NCBI GenBank assembly: GCA_002293725.1
Contig: DBDU01000021.1
Coordinates: 3,369 to 67,368 of the forward strand
Direction: 5' to 3'
Source of the DNA: Patescibacteria group bacterium UBA924
GTDB taxonomy: Bacteria > Patescibacteriota > Microgenomatia > UBA1400 > PJMF01
Length of the DNA stretch: 64,000 nt
Shown in pieces: positions 9,493 to 19,700 of the stretch. Position 1 is the stretch's first letter. Every line of letters begins with the position of its first letter. The translations under genes were made by a program, and so were the position numbers. A model generated the notes under the pieces. The model was not told where the DNA came from. It made no database searches and worked only from the letters and a program-made list of their open reading frames with translations.

Positions 9493-10761
9493 CTACTTGC
9501 GGACTAAGACAATTCCAAATGGGGTGTTTCTACCTGGTCCAGCAATATAACGCCCATTAACCATCATTGCGGTTGAGCCACCGCTGTCCAAGTTGAGGGC
9601 ATTTTCTAGACCCATGGTCTTTAACACTCGGGCGACTTCCGCGACGGTAGCGTTACGGACGACGCCAATGTAGACCGTGTTACCTTTATTCCCGATAAAG
9701 CTGCGCGAGCCGCGGCTGCCTTTTTTTGGATCACCATCACCGCCAAAACGGACTTCGCCACCGGAAAGCAGCATGGGTTGGGAAGCAATTACTGAGTCTG
9801 GGCCGGTATCACGACCCCACTCCGAAGAAGCGCCGACAAACCGTGCTGAGCTACCTTGGAAGATAACTGCCGGCACATTACTGTAGACGTTATTGTCCGA
9901 GTTAAAGTAGGTTTTATTTTTATTCATTAATAAGGTATCGAAAGAGTTGGTTTTACCGGCACAGCTGGGATACTCAGCGGGACAGAAGTAGGGACCGTTA
10001 ATTCCGGCAAAGCCGCCTGCCTTAGCAACAAAGCTCCCTAAAGAATCAACTGGACAGCCATCACCACAGTCCCCGCTAGAGGCTGTCTCTACAACTACCC
10101 GAGTGCTATTCAGGTCCGCGGCAACGATATCAACTAAGAATCGACCGAACTCATTCTCAACTGCCTGTCGACTGTATCCTGAACCAGGCGGGGTGTTATT
10201 GGTAGCTACGTTAGCGGGTACTGCCGTAGAGACAGTCGCTAACTGAGCACGCTGCTGAGCAATTCCTGATTTCAAGCGAGCAATCCGAGTTGAAGCCGAA
10301 GCATAGTTACGTTGCGACAGAAAGACCAGAGCTTGGCTAAAATCAGCGTCAAGTGTTTGAGTTTGGGCTTTCGTTGTGTCTTCTTTCAGCTTTAAAAGAT
10401 CCTCATAGGTTGCCGCAGCATCTTTATAGGTAGTCTGAATATTCTTAATCTCTGCCATCAGTTCTTGATTCTTCTTGAACTGATCTTCGGCTTTAACCGT
10501 ATCCAGCTCTGCCGCCGTGACCGTTAAACGTTGCTCAACTTCTTCTAACTGCTGACTTAACGCCATCTGGCGCTCTTCACCAACACTCAGTAGTTGAATC
10601 TGCGTCTGACTTTGAGAGTAGAGCGAGTAGATCACATACCCAGCTACCGCTGCACCAATTACAACACTGGCCATCAGCAATAGCCTAACTACTTTAATGG
10701 CACCAATATGGCTGTTTTTTTTGAATCCATTTTTACTGGAAAGTGAAGATAATTTTGGCAT
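9493..10761 (-). CDS. Membrane-anchored coiled-coil protein with a C-terminal phosphodiester-glycosidase (NAGPA/DUF2233-like) domain.
   Basis: The C-terminus (NALNLDSGGSTAMMVNGRYIAGPG) resembles the LDGGGS signature of NAGPA-domain proteins. A TM helix (LLLMASVVIGAAVAGYVIYSLY) is followed by a long coiled-coil region. The track ORF extends to 10854 with a TTG start. I prefer the internal Met (MPKLSS...) at about 10761, which leaves room for the divergent pilin promoter. Confidence 0.5.
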   Translation of the reverse strand: MPKLSSLSSKNGFKKNSHIGAIKVVRLLLMASVVIGAAVAGYVIYSLYSQSQTQIQLLSVGEERQMALSQQLEEVEQRLTVTAAELDTVKAEDQFKKNQELMAEIKNIQTTYKDAAATYEDLLKLKEDTTKAQTQTLDADFSQALVFLSQRNYASASTRIARLKSGIAQQRAQLATVSTAVPANVATNNTPPGSGYSRQAVENEFGRFLVDIVAADLNSTRVVVETASSGDCGDGCPVDSLGSFVAKAGGFAGINGPYFCPAEYPSCAGKTNSFDTLLMNKNKTYFNSDNNVYSNVPAVIFQGSSARFVGASSEWGRDTGPDSVIASQPMLLSGGEVRFGGDGDPKKGSRGSRSFIGNKGNTVYIGVVRNATVAEVARVLKTMGLENALNLDSGGSTAMMVNGRYIAGPGRNTPFGIVLVRK

Positions 10762-10886
10762 TACGAGTAAGGATAGCTGAGAACTCTTCTCGCTACAATC
10801 AGCTGGCGTGTAAGAAAGCTGCAAGAGCAGTTCTGATATTTCCGTTGCCCTCAAGTCTTGTGGTATTCTTTTTTTACAAAAAGAGA

Positions 10887-11405
10887 ATGAGACATCTACG
10901 AACCGGATTCACCTTGATTGAGTTAATGATCGTGGTAGCACTGATTGGTATTGTCATGGCAGCGGGAATCGTGGCTTTCACAGGTGCACAGCGGAACAGT
11001 CGAGATGCGCGCCGTCGCGCCGACGTCGACGCCTTATCCAAAGCATTGGAGCAGTACTACACCAACAATAATCAGTACTATGGGTCAGGGAGCGGTTCAG
11101 ATAATGCCGCTTGGGTTTCTGGCTTCCAGGTCACCAACTTAGGCTCTTACTTTCCCAGTGGCAGACTGCCGCTCGATCCGATGAACACCGCCCCATACTA
11201 CTACTATATTTACGGCTTAGTCGCTAACAATCCCACTAACCCAGATCCTAATACCAGGTACTGCGTCTCGGCTCGTTTGGAACGTGCGACTGGGAACTGC
11301 ACTGGCCGATCAACTTCACTATCATCGACCAACGCTGGTTTTGGCTACTGTCCATTTATTACGACAAATGATGGGGATTTTTACTGCGCAGAAAGTAGGC
11401 AGTAG
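10887..11405 (+). CDS. Type IV pilin or pseudopilin (prepilin with class III signal peptide).
   Basis: MRHLRTGFTLIELMIVVALIGI matches the prepilin peptidase site (G|FTLIE), followed by a hydrophobic helix. The C-terminal region has four Cys (likely disulfide-bonded D-region). The ATG at 10887 is preceded by GAGA. The track ORF start at 10743 is an upstream in-frame extension. Confidence 0.75.
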   Translation: MRHLRTGFTLIELMIVVALIGIVMAAGIVAFTGAQRNSRDARRRADVDALSKALEQYYTNNNQYYGSGSGSDNAAWVSGFQVTNLGSYFPSGRLPLDPMNTAPYYYYIYGLVANNPTNPDPNTRYCVSARLERATGNCTGRSTSLSSTNAGFGYCPFITTNDGDFYCAESRQ

Positions 11406-11412
11406 AGAAAGT

Positions 11413-11488
11413 TGGCGACCTCGAAGGGACTCGAACCCTCGATCTCCTCCGTGACAGGGAGGCATGTTAACCACTACACCACGAGGCC
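11413..11488 (-). tRNA. tRNA-Asp (anticodon GTC), CCA encoded.
   Basis: Reverse complement is GGCCTCG T GGTG TAGTGGTTAAC AT G CCTCC CTGTCAC GGAGG AGATC GAGGG TTCGAGT CCCTT CGAGGTC G CCA. Anticodon loop is CTGTCAC. Confidence 0.85.
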
Positions 11489-11601
11489 ACAAGATACTGA
11501 ATTATACGGAATAACTCTTGATTTGCCAAGCTGGACGCTGACCCAAGACACGATACAATAAAGTCGCTTAATAGAGTATTAAGTACAGAAAAAGGATAGC
11601 T

Positions 11602-12186
11602 ATGCCACTTATTATTGGATTAGTCATATTAATTGCCATCGGTTTGTATGTGATCATGGTATACAACGGCTTACAGACGTTAAAGACCCAGATTGTGGCG
11701 AGTATCCAGGAAATTGGTAATCAATTAAAACGTCAGGCTTCGTTAATTCCCAACTTAGAATCAGCCGTCAAAGGCTATCTTAAACACGAAAAAGGTATCT
11801 TTGAGATGTTGACTGAAGCTCGCAAATCAGCTCAAAAAGCTTCTGACACTGGTAGCTCTAAAGATATTGAAAAAGCTATCTCTGACCTGCAGTCTGTCAT
11901 TCCTCAAATTCATGTGGCAGTTGAGTCCAACCCAGAGTTAAAAGCAGATACTACGGTCAATAACTTCATGCGTGAGCTGAGCGACACGGCTGACAAGTTA
12001 ATGTACTCTCGTCGTTCTTTGATTGACTTAACTCAAGCATATAACGAGAAACTCGTTGTCTTCCCAAGTAACTTAGTGGCGAATATCTTTGGCTTCAAAC
12101 CTGAGAAAGGCCTCGACACACCAATGACCGGAGCACACGTTTCGGTGGATGATGCTGAGACCAAGGACGTCAAAGTCAACTTGTAA
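11602..12186 (+). CDS. lemA: LemA family protein.
   Basis: 194 aa with an N-terminal TM helix followed by the LemA-like pattern (YNGLQTLKTQIVASIQEIGNQLKRQASLIPNLESAVKGY). It sits immediately upstream of htpX, a conserved pairing. Confidence 0.75.
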   Translation: MPLIIGLVILIAIGLYVIMVYNGLQTLKTQIVASIQEIGNQLKRQASLIPNLESAVKGYLKHEKGIFEMLTEARKSAQKASDTGSSKDIEKAISDLQSVIPQIHVAVESNPELKADTTVNNFMRELSDTADKLMYSRRSLIDLTQAYNEKLVVFPSNLVANIFGFKPEKGLDTPMTGAHVSVDDAETKDVKVNL

Positions 12187-12216
12187 AACGCAAGTAACTG
12201 CCCAACGGATCTTTCA

Positions 12217-13119
12217 ATGACACACTACGATTTAGTTGCCTCTAATCAGCGCAAGTCTTGGTTTATCTTGGCTGGTTTTCTGGTGTTTGTGATTGGAGTC
12301 GTCTACGTTCTAAGTGCAGCGTTTGGCTTCAGTTATGACTTCACCGTTTTTGCCATTGGCCTCACTACCGTGATGTCATTTGGCTCATACTGGTGGTCGG
12401 ACAAGATTGTACTAGCAATCTCCGGCGCCAGACCTGCGACTCGCCAAGAGTTCTTTGACTACTACACTGTTACTGAAAACTTGGTCATGAGTCAGCGGAT
12501 GAAAATGCCGAAGCTGTTCGTCATTGACGATACAGCTATGAACGCTTTCGCCACCGGTCGTGATCCTGACCATGCTGCTGTAGTAGCTACTACCGGTTTA
12601 TTGAGCCGGCTCAACCGAGCTGAGATTGAGGGCGTAGTTGCCCACGAACTTTCTCACATTAAAAACTATGATATTCGCTTAATGGCTGTGGTCAGCGTGT
12701 TGGTGGGTAGCATTGCGCTTATCTCTGACTTGATGTTAAGAATGACTGCGTGGGGCGGAACCAAACGGGATCGCAACAACGATAGTCAGATCGGAATGAT
12801 CTTATTCTTAGCAGGTATCGTCCTAGCCATCTTGTCACCGATTGTGGCTCAGCTCATCCAGTTGGCTATCTCGCGTCGCCGAGAGTTTTTGGCAGACGCT
12901 TCTGGAGTAGCAATGACCAAGAATCCTCAAGGGTTGATCCGTGCTCTTGGTAAGATCTCCCACGACACCGAGCCACTTGAAGCCGCCAATAAAGCTACTG
13001 CCCATCTTTATATCTCCGATCCACTCAAGAACATTCATGGCGGAGTAGGCATGTTTGCCAACCTCTTCCAAACTCATCCACCGGTGACGGAACGAATCAA
13101 AGCTCTAGAAAGTATCTAG
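12217..13119 (+). CDS. htpX: Zinc metalloprotease HtpX (peptidase M48).
   Basis: HELSHIKNYD (HExxH) motif, multiple TM helices, and a conserved C-terminus (THPPVTERIKALE). Confidence 0.85.
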   Translation: MTHYDLVASNQRKSWFILAGFLVFVIGVVYVLSAAFGFSYDFTVFAIGLTTVMSFGSYWWSDKIVLAISGARPATRQEFFDYYTVTENLVMSQRMKMPKLFVIDDTAMNAFATGRDPDHAAVVATTGLLSRLNRAEIEGVVAHELSHIKNYDIRLMAVVSVLVGSIALISDLMLRMTAWGGTKRDRNNDSQIGMILFLAGIVLAILSPIVAQLIQLAISRRREFLADASGVAMTKNPQGLIRALGKISHDTEPLEAANKATAHLYISDPLKNIHGGVGMFANLFQTHPPVTERIKALESI

Positions 13120-13152
13120 AGAACCAGGCAAAGTTCTGTTAAACTACATCCT

Positions 13153-13449
13153 GTGAAAACCAAAGTTCCCGTTTCCCACGTCGCAAAACTGGCCAACATT
13201 CCCATTTCTGACCAGGAAGAGAAAAACCTTGAACTCGCGTTCGAGGAAACACTAGCTGTCGTTGAACAGCTCCAATCTGTTGATGTCAGTGGGGTAGAGC
13301 CGACTTTCCAAGTGACGGGTTTAGAGAATGTCATGCGCGATGATGTCGTGGATGACAGAAGGATGTTTACTCAAGCACAAGCACTAGCCAACGCTAAAAC
13401 AACCCACGATGGGTACTTCGTAGTTCCGCAGGTAATTAGCCAAGATTAA
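13153..13449 (+). CDS. gatC: Asp-tRNA(Asn)/Glu-tRNA(Gln) amidotransferase subunit C.
   Basis: 98 aa with GTG start. Similar to GatC (VSHVAKLANIPISDQEEKNLELAFEETLAVVEQL). It is immediately upstream of gatA and gatB. Confidence 0.75.
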   Translation: MKTKVPVSHVAKLANIPISDQEEKNLELAFEETLAVVEQLQSVDVSGVEPTFQVTGLENVMRDDVVDDRRMFTQAQALANAKTTHDGYFVVPQVISQD

Positions 13450-13452
13450 AGT

Positions 13453-14829
13453 ATGTTACAGACACTCACCCTCGCTGATCTACTCGGTAAACTAAAACGA
13501 AAAGAGATCTCTCATAAAGAGCTCTATGCTGACCTGGCTCAAAGCTATCAGCAGAACGACAAGCTCAATATCTTCCTTACCTTTAATCCTCAGGCTGAAA
13601 CAGAGTCTGCTGAGTTAAGTGACAAAGCTTTATTGGGTATTCCACTAGCGATCAAAGACAACTTCTGTACCACCGACATTCGTACAACTGCATCTTCTAC
13701 AGTCCTAGATGCTTTTGTTCCTCAATACGACTCGACTGTTACTCGCAAGCTGAAAGAAGCAGGCGCCGTCATCCAAGGAAAAACAAACATGGATGCTTGG
13801 GCTCACGGCTCTTCCACTGAGACTTCTCAATACGGTCGGACACTTAACCCTCGAAATCCTGAGCACCTTCCCGGTGGTTCTTCGGGCGGCAGTGCGGCTG
13901 CCGTCGCCGCAGACATGGCAATTGCAGCCATTGGCTCTGAAACCGCGGGCTCCATCCGCCAGCCATCTGCTTGGTGTGGTACGGTCGGCCTTAAACCAAC
14001 GTATGGCCGAGTCAGTCGCTATGGCGTGGTCTCAATGGCCTCTTCCACTGACTCACCAGGTCCGATTACCAAGACGGTTGAAGACTCAGCGCTGTTACTG
14101 AACTACATCGCTGGCCACGATCCCTACGATGGCACGAGCTCACAGACTCCAGTTGACGACTACACCAAAGCTCTTGGTCAGTCGATCAAAGGTATGAAGA
14201 TTGGCGTTATCTACATGGACATTCCCGGTTTGGCCGAAGTCAAACACCTTTTTGAACCACAGCTCAAAGTCTTTGAAGAGTTAGGGGCCCACGTGGAGTA
14301 TGTCCAAGCAATGGATCCTAATCACGCAATTGGCGTCTACACGGTGGTTCAGCGTTCAGAAGTAAGTAGCAACCTCGCCCGGTATGACGGCGTTCGTTAT
14401 GGCAATGATCGTTCGTTCTTTGGCGATGAAGCCAAACGAAGAATCATGTTAGGCACCTATACCTTAAGTAAGGGCTACGCCGATAAGTACTACGTATTAG
14501 CTCAGAAAGTCCGTACTCTCTTTTTAGAAGACTTTGCCAAGCTGTTCAAAACATATGACTTGCTCGTTTCTTTAACCTCACCTGGTTTTGCTAAGAAGAT
14601 TGGAGCCAGTGAGTCCAGTGCCATGTTTGGTGAGCTGGAGGACATGTTGGTAGAACCCAGCTCTATTACCGGCCTACCAGGCTTAAACGTACCTTGTTAC
14701 CACGATCCCAAAACGAATCTGTATCTTGGGATGAACATTATGGCGCCGATGTGGCACGAATCACGAATGATTAGTGCTGGCGATGCCTTTGAGAAGCACA
14801 CCAACTGGAATCCTTGGAGAGCACAATGA
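13453..14829 (+). CDS. gatA: Glu-tRNA(Gln) amidotransferase subunit A (amidase signature family).
   Basis: 458 aa. The Gly/Ser-rich amidase signature (GGSSGGSAAAVAADMAIAAIGSETAGSIRQP) and the GatA N-terminal pattern are present. Confidence 0.9.
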   Translation: MLQTLTLADLLGKLKRKEISHKELYADLAQSYQQNDKLNIFLTFNPQAETESAELSDKALLGIPLAIKDNFCTTDIRTTASSTVLDAFVPQYDSTVTRKLKEAGAVIQGKTNMDAWAHGSSTETSQYGRTLNPRNPEHLPGGSSGGSAAAVAADMAIAAIGSETAGSIRQPSAWCGTVGLKPTYGRVSRYGVVSMASSTDSPGPITKTVEDSALLLNYIAGHDPYDGTSSQTPVDDYTKALGQSIKGMKIGVIYMDIPGLAEVKHLFEPQLKVFEELGAHVEYVQAMDPNHAIGVYTVVQRSEVSSNLARYDGVRYGNDRSFFGDEAKRRIMLGTYTLSKGYADKYYVLAQKVRTLFLEDFAKLFKTYDLLVSLTSPGFAKKIGASESSAMFGELEDMLVEPSSITGLPGLNVPCYHDPKTNLYLGMNIMAPMWHESRMISAGDAFEKHTNWNPWRAQ

Positions 14830-16154
14830 GTACTGAGTATCAGTTAGTTTGTGGAATGGAAGTTCACGCGGAGCTGAAGACAGCATCGAAGATGTTCTGC
14901 GGCTGCAAAAATGATCCCTTCCACGCAGAAAAGCCCAACACCCATACATGCCCAGTATGTCTTGGAATGCCAGGCGGATTACCAGTAGCTAATCGAACGG
15001 CCATTGAGTGGACAATTAAACTGGGTTTGGCGTTAAACTGTAAAATCAATCTTTTTTCGCACTTTGATCGCAAGAACTACTTCTATCCCGACCTACCCAA
15101 AGGCTATCAGATTAGTCAGTACGATCAGCCATTTTGTTATGACGGGGTACTAGAAACCGATGCTGGCGCTGTTCGTATTCGTCGGATTCACTTAGAAGAA
15201 GATACTGCCAAACTTTTACATAAAACAGTTGATGGTAAAAAAGTGAGTCTGGTTGACTTTAACCGAAGTAGTGTGCCTTTAATCGAGATCGTCACCGAAC
15301 CAGACATCATCTCTCCTGAACACGCCAAAGCCTATGGCAAGACACTTCGTCAGATCATGCGTTTCCTTGATATCGCTGACTGCGACATGGAGCAGGGTGG
15401 CATGCGGTTAGAAGCCAACGTTTCCATTCGACCTGTCGGGCAAACAGAGCTACCAAACTACAAAGTTGAGTTGAAAAACATTAACTCTTTCCGATTCTTA
15501 GAAAAAGCAGTGGCCTATGAAATGGAGCGCCAAGCATGTGAGCTGAATGAAGGGAAGACACCCATCCAGGAAACTCGTGGCTGGAATGACAACAAGGGAG
15601 AGACATTCTCTCAACGAGTCAAAGAAGATGCCGAAGACTATCGCTACTTTCCAGACCCAGACTTACCACCGCTTCGTTTTACTGCCGAACAGATCGAGCA
15701 GTGGCGAGCTGAGCTGCCAGAGTTACCAGCAGCTCTCAAACAGCGTTGGCAAGAAATGTATGGCATCGATACTAAGTATGCTGACGTTCTGAGCGAGGAA
15801 AAAGAAGGTGCATCATGGGCAGATCAGCTCTTTGCCGCCGCTCAAAAAGCACAACTCAACCCTAACGCCGTCGCCAATGCAGTAGTCAATAAAAAGGTAA
15901 CCGCTGCTGTGGGAGACTCTGTTCAGCAAGTACTAGCCGCTTTTACCGCCCTCCATCAAACTGCTAATGTAGACGAGGCTGAGCTGCAACACACTATTGA
16001 TGCAGTCATCGCTGAAAATGGCGACGCTGCTGCCCAGTACAAAGCAGGCAAAGTTCAAATCCTAGGTTTCTTTATGGGTCAGGTACAACGCAAGCTTGGC
16101 AAAAAACTGGATGCACAGCTTGTGAAAACAGCTCTGGAAAAAAGCCTTTCTTAA
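14826..16154 (+). CDS. gatB: Asp/Glu-tRNA amidotransferase subunit B.
   Basis: MSTEYQLVCGMEVHAELKTASKMFCGC is a typical GatB N-terminus. Its ATG overlaps the gatA TGA stop (ATGA), indicating translational coupling. The track ORF starts 12 nt earlier. Confidence 0.9.
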   Translation: MSTEYQLVCGMEVHAELKTASKMFCGCKNDPFHAEKPNTHTCPVCLGMPGGLPVANRTAIEWTIKLGLALNCKINLFSHFDRKNYFYPDLPKGYQISQYDQPFCYDGVLETDAGAVRIRRIHLEEDTAKLLHKTVDGKKVSLVDFNRSSVPLIEIVTEPDIISPEHAKAYGKTLRQIMRFLDIADCDMEQGGMRLEANVSIRPVGQTELPNYKVELKNINSFRFLEKAVAYEMERQACELNEGKTPIQETRGWNDNKGETFSQRVKEDAEDYRYFPDPDLPPLRFTAEQIEQWRAELPELPAALKQRWQEMYGIDTKYADVLSEEKEGASWADQLFAAAQKAQLNPNAVANAVVNKKVTAAVGDSVQQVLAAFTALHQTANVDEAELQHTIDAVIAENGDAAAQYKAGKVQILGFFMGQVQRKLGKKLDAQLVKTALEKSLS

Positions 16155-16708
16155 TCAGCTGCGCCGACACCGAGTACTTCGTCCATTACTTCCTGCAACA
16201 TGATGCCGTGGTCGGCAAAAATCTGGATACCTTTTAAAGCCGCATTCAGCTCCGTCCATTGAAAGCCATCTAGCTCTTCTAGCGGCAAGTCACGAGCTGC
16301 CAATGTAATGTTGGGTCGCTGTCCGCGGAGCATGTAGAAGAGTGCCGTCGCCCACGGTCCATTTTGGAACATTCCCATGTAGTTGAGCTCGTTTGCTCTG
16401 ACCAACAGTCCAACTTCTTCGTGAGCTTTACGCACCGCCGTTTGACGTGTTACAGCCTCTACTTCGGCTGGCGTGAGCTGCCGATTTAAATCAGGTTTTG
16501 CTAAAACGTTAAAGTCTTTATCGTTGGGTCGACCACCCATCATTGACCACTCACTTGCACCTTGCTTAGACCAGTAAGGCCGCTGCACAAGTCCAGTGAC
16601 CAAATGACTTTCGTTGGTACGCGGATGCTTTTCAGAAACCAGTACGGCTAATCTTGCTACTGTTTTATCCAAGCCAAAAAGCTTGGCACGTCGGGATTCA
16701 TCTGACAT
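16151..16708 (-). CDS. Possible divergent NUDIX-fold hydrolase.
   Basis: 185 aa. A degenerate Nudix-box-like segment (TPAEVEAVTRQTAVRKAHEEVGL, REUxEExGU-like with K in place of E) is present. Otherwise unrecognised. Confidence 0.35.
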   Translation of the reverse strand: MSDESRRAKLFGLDKTVARLAVLVSEKHPRTNESHLVTGLVQRPYWSKQGASEWSMMGGRPNDKDFNVLAKPDLNRQLTPAEVEAVTRQTAVRKAHEEVGLLVRANELNYMGMFQNGPWATALFYMLRGQRPNITLAARDLPLEELDGFQWTELNAALKGIQIFADHGIMLQEVMDEVLGVGAAD

Positions 16709-16770
16709 ATACTGCCGAACATATCATTAGAAGCGAAAAAGTACAAATCTTTTTGTTACAATCAGGCTCA

Positions 16771-19700
16771 ATGTCGTCAAAGTTTGTTCACCTTCACGTC
16801 CATACGGAGTACTCAATGCTCGATGGACTTTCTAAAGTTGCCCCTTTAATTAAGCGTGCTAAAGAACTGGAGTTTCCTGCTTTAGCAATCACTGATCATG
16901 GCGGTATGTATGGTGCCGTCACTTTTTATAACGCCTGCAAGAAAAATGAGTTGAAAGCGATTATCGGCGTCGAAGCCTACATGGCTAAGAACTCGCGCTT
17001 TGACAAGCAAACAAAGATGGGTAGCGATCAGTTTCACTTGTTACTCCTTGCCCAAAACATGCAAGGGTACCAAAACCTGATGAAGCTGGTCTCCTTCGCT
17101 AACCTTGAAGGTTTCTCTTATAAACCACGGATGGATGAAGAGATTCTCTTTAAGTACAACGAAGGAATCATCTGTACGAGTGGTTGTATGTCGAGCATCT
17201 TTAATCGTTTGTTGCTGGACGGCAAAGAAGAAGAAGCAATCGAGAAGTTTAAGTTGTACAAAGAAAAGTTCCCGGGTCGTTTTTATGTCGAGCTCCAAGC
17301 TCATCCCAAAGTCAAAGAGCTCAAAGCACTCACTAAAAAATTGGTCGAGATTGCGCGTCAGTTAGACTTACCTTTAGTAGCGACCAATGACGTCCACTAC
17401 ATCAATCCCGATGACGCTACCGCTCAAGACGCATTGTTGTGTGTCCAAACGCGCAAGCTCATTAGCGATACTAAACGGATGACGATGATGGACTCGCCTG
17501 ATTTCTACCTGCGCACAGCTCAAGAGATGGAAGAGCTGTTTCATGAGTACCCTGAAGCCTTGGAAAATACCGTCAAAATTGCTGATCAATGTGACTTAGA
17601 GATTCCTACCGGAAAGCTTCACTTTCCGATCTTCCCAGTTCCTGAGGGTGAGACCGATGCGACGTACTTTACCAAGCTAGCCTACGAAGGCTTACATAAA
17701 AAATGGGCGAAGCCGACCAAAGAGATGCTTGATCGTTTACAGTATGAGATCGACATTATCGTTCAAAAAGGCTACCCTACTTACTTCTTGATTACCCAAG
17801 ACTTCGTCAACTGGGCGAAAGATAATGGGATTGGTGTTGGACCAGGTCGTGGCTCTGCAGCTGGTTCGTTAGTCGCGTTCGTTTTGGGGATTACTACCAT
17901 GAATCCGTTAGAACATGGGTTACCTTTTGAGCGCTTCTTGAATCCTCAACGCCCAACGCCACCTGATATCGACATGGACTTTGCTGATGACCGACGCGAC
18001 GAAGTGTTGCAGTACGTCGCCCAAAAGTACGGTGAAGATCACGTCGCCCAAGTTATTACCTTTGGAAGAATGGAAGCACGGGTAGCAGTACGCGATATTG
18101 GTCGTGTACTTGGCTTACCTTATGAAGACCCTGATAAAGTGGCCAAGCTAATTCCAAACATTCCCGGTCACAAAACCAGTCTGACTGACGCAATTCAAGA
18201 AGTGGCCGAACTTGGTGAGTACTATAAGCAACCAAAGTATAAAGAGCTGATCGATCTGGCCAAAAAAGTAGAAGGGGTCATTCGTCACACCTCAGTTCAT
18301 GCAGCAGCGGTGGTCATTGCCGACAAGCCACTTTACGACTACACGCCATTCCAAAAAGACCAAGCAAGCGGCAAGATCGTTACTCAATATGACATGTACT
18401 CGCTGGACTGTAACGTTTCTGATGATGCAATCGGTTTGCTCAAATTTGACTTTTTAGGTCTACGGAACTTATCCATTATTCAAACGGCAGTTAACTTAAT
18501 TAAAAAGTACAAGAAAAAAGAGATCGATATTTCGAACCTCCCTCTTGATGATAAAAAGACCTTTGAACTGCTCTCTAGCGGTGAGACAACTGGTATCTTC
18601 CAGTTAGAGTCGGGGGGAATGCGCCGAGTGGCTAAAACCTTACAACCAAACCAGTTCTCAGATATTACCGCTATGGTGGCGTTGTACCGACCCGGTCCAA
18701 TGGACCTGATTCCTACTTTCATTGAAGGAAAACATAATCCTGACAAAGTTGTCTATCCACATGAGTCACTGAAAGGTGTGCTCCAAGAAACGTATGGCGT
18801 CATGGTCTACCAAGAGCAGATCTTACAGATTGCTAATGTCATGGCTGGATATACGTTAAGTGAAGCCGACATCTTGCGTCGCGCGATTGGAAAAAAGAAA
18901 AAGTATCTCTTAGACGAAAATAAAAAGCGATTTACCGAACAGTCTTTGGCGAAAGGCTATACCAAAGAAGTGGCAGAAAAAGTTTGGGGCTTTATTGAAG
19001 CCTTTGCCAACTACGGCTTTAACAAAGCACACGCTGCCAGTTATGCCATGATTGCCTACGAAACAGCTTACCTGAAGGCTCACTTTCCAGCCGAGTACAT
19101 GACTGCTTTAATGAGTGTGGAGTCTGGCTCTCACTCAGCTAATCGAGATGAAAAAGTAGCAGTTGGAATCGATGCCAGTAAGAAGATGGGTCTACACATC
19201 TTGCCGCCTGACATCAATAAATCAAATATCGACTTCAATCTTGAGCCTGATGAAAACTCAAAAGGTGGGCTGGCTATTCGCTTCGGCTTTAACGCTATTA
19301 AAAATGTCGGTGCAGCCGCGATTGAAAACATCGTTGCTACCCGCGACAAGATTGGACAGTTTCAATCTTTCAGTCACTTCTTGATGACTACCGACAATCG
19401 CAAAGTAAACAAGAAAGTATTGGAGTCACTCATTAAAGTTGGCGCTTTTGATCAGTTTGCCAGTCGCGCCAGTATGTTAAGTCAGCTTGAAGAAATTCGA
19501 GCCAAAGTCAATCAGTTCAGTTCTGATATTGATGGGCAAGATGGACTGTTTAGTGGACTAGGGGATAGTAGCCAAAATATTCAAGATACATTTCCAAAGC
19601 TTCCTGAGTATCCTCAAGCTGAGCTGCTCTCATTTGAGAAGGAGTTACTGGGTGTTTACCTGACAGATCACCCATTAGCCCAAGCTCTCGAGTACGTCAT

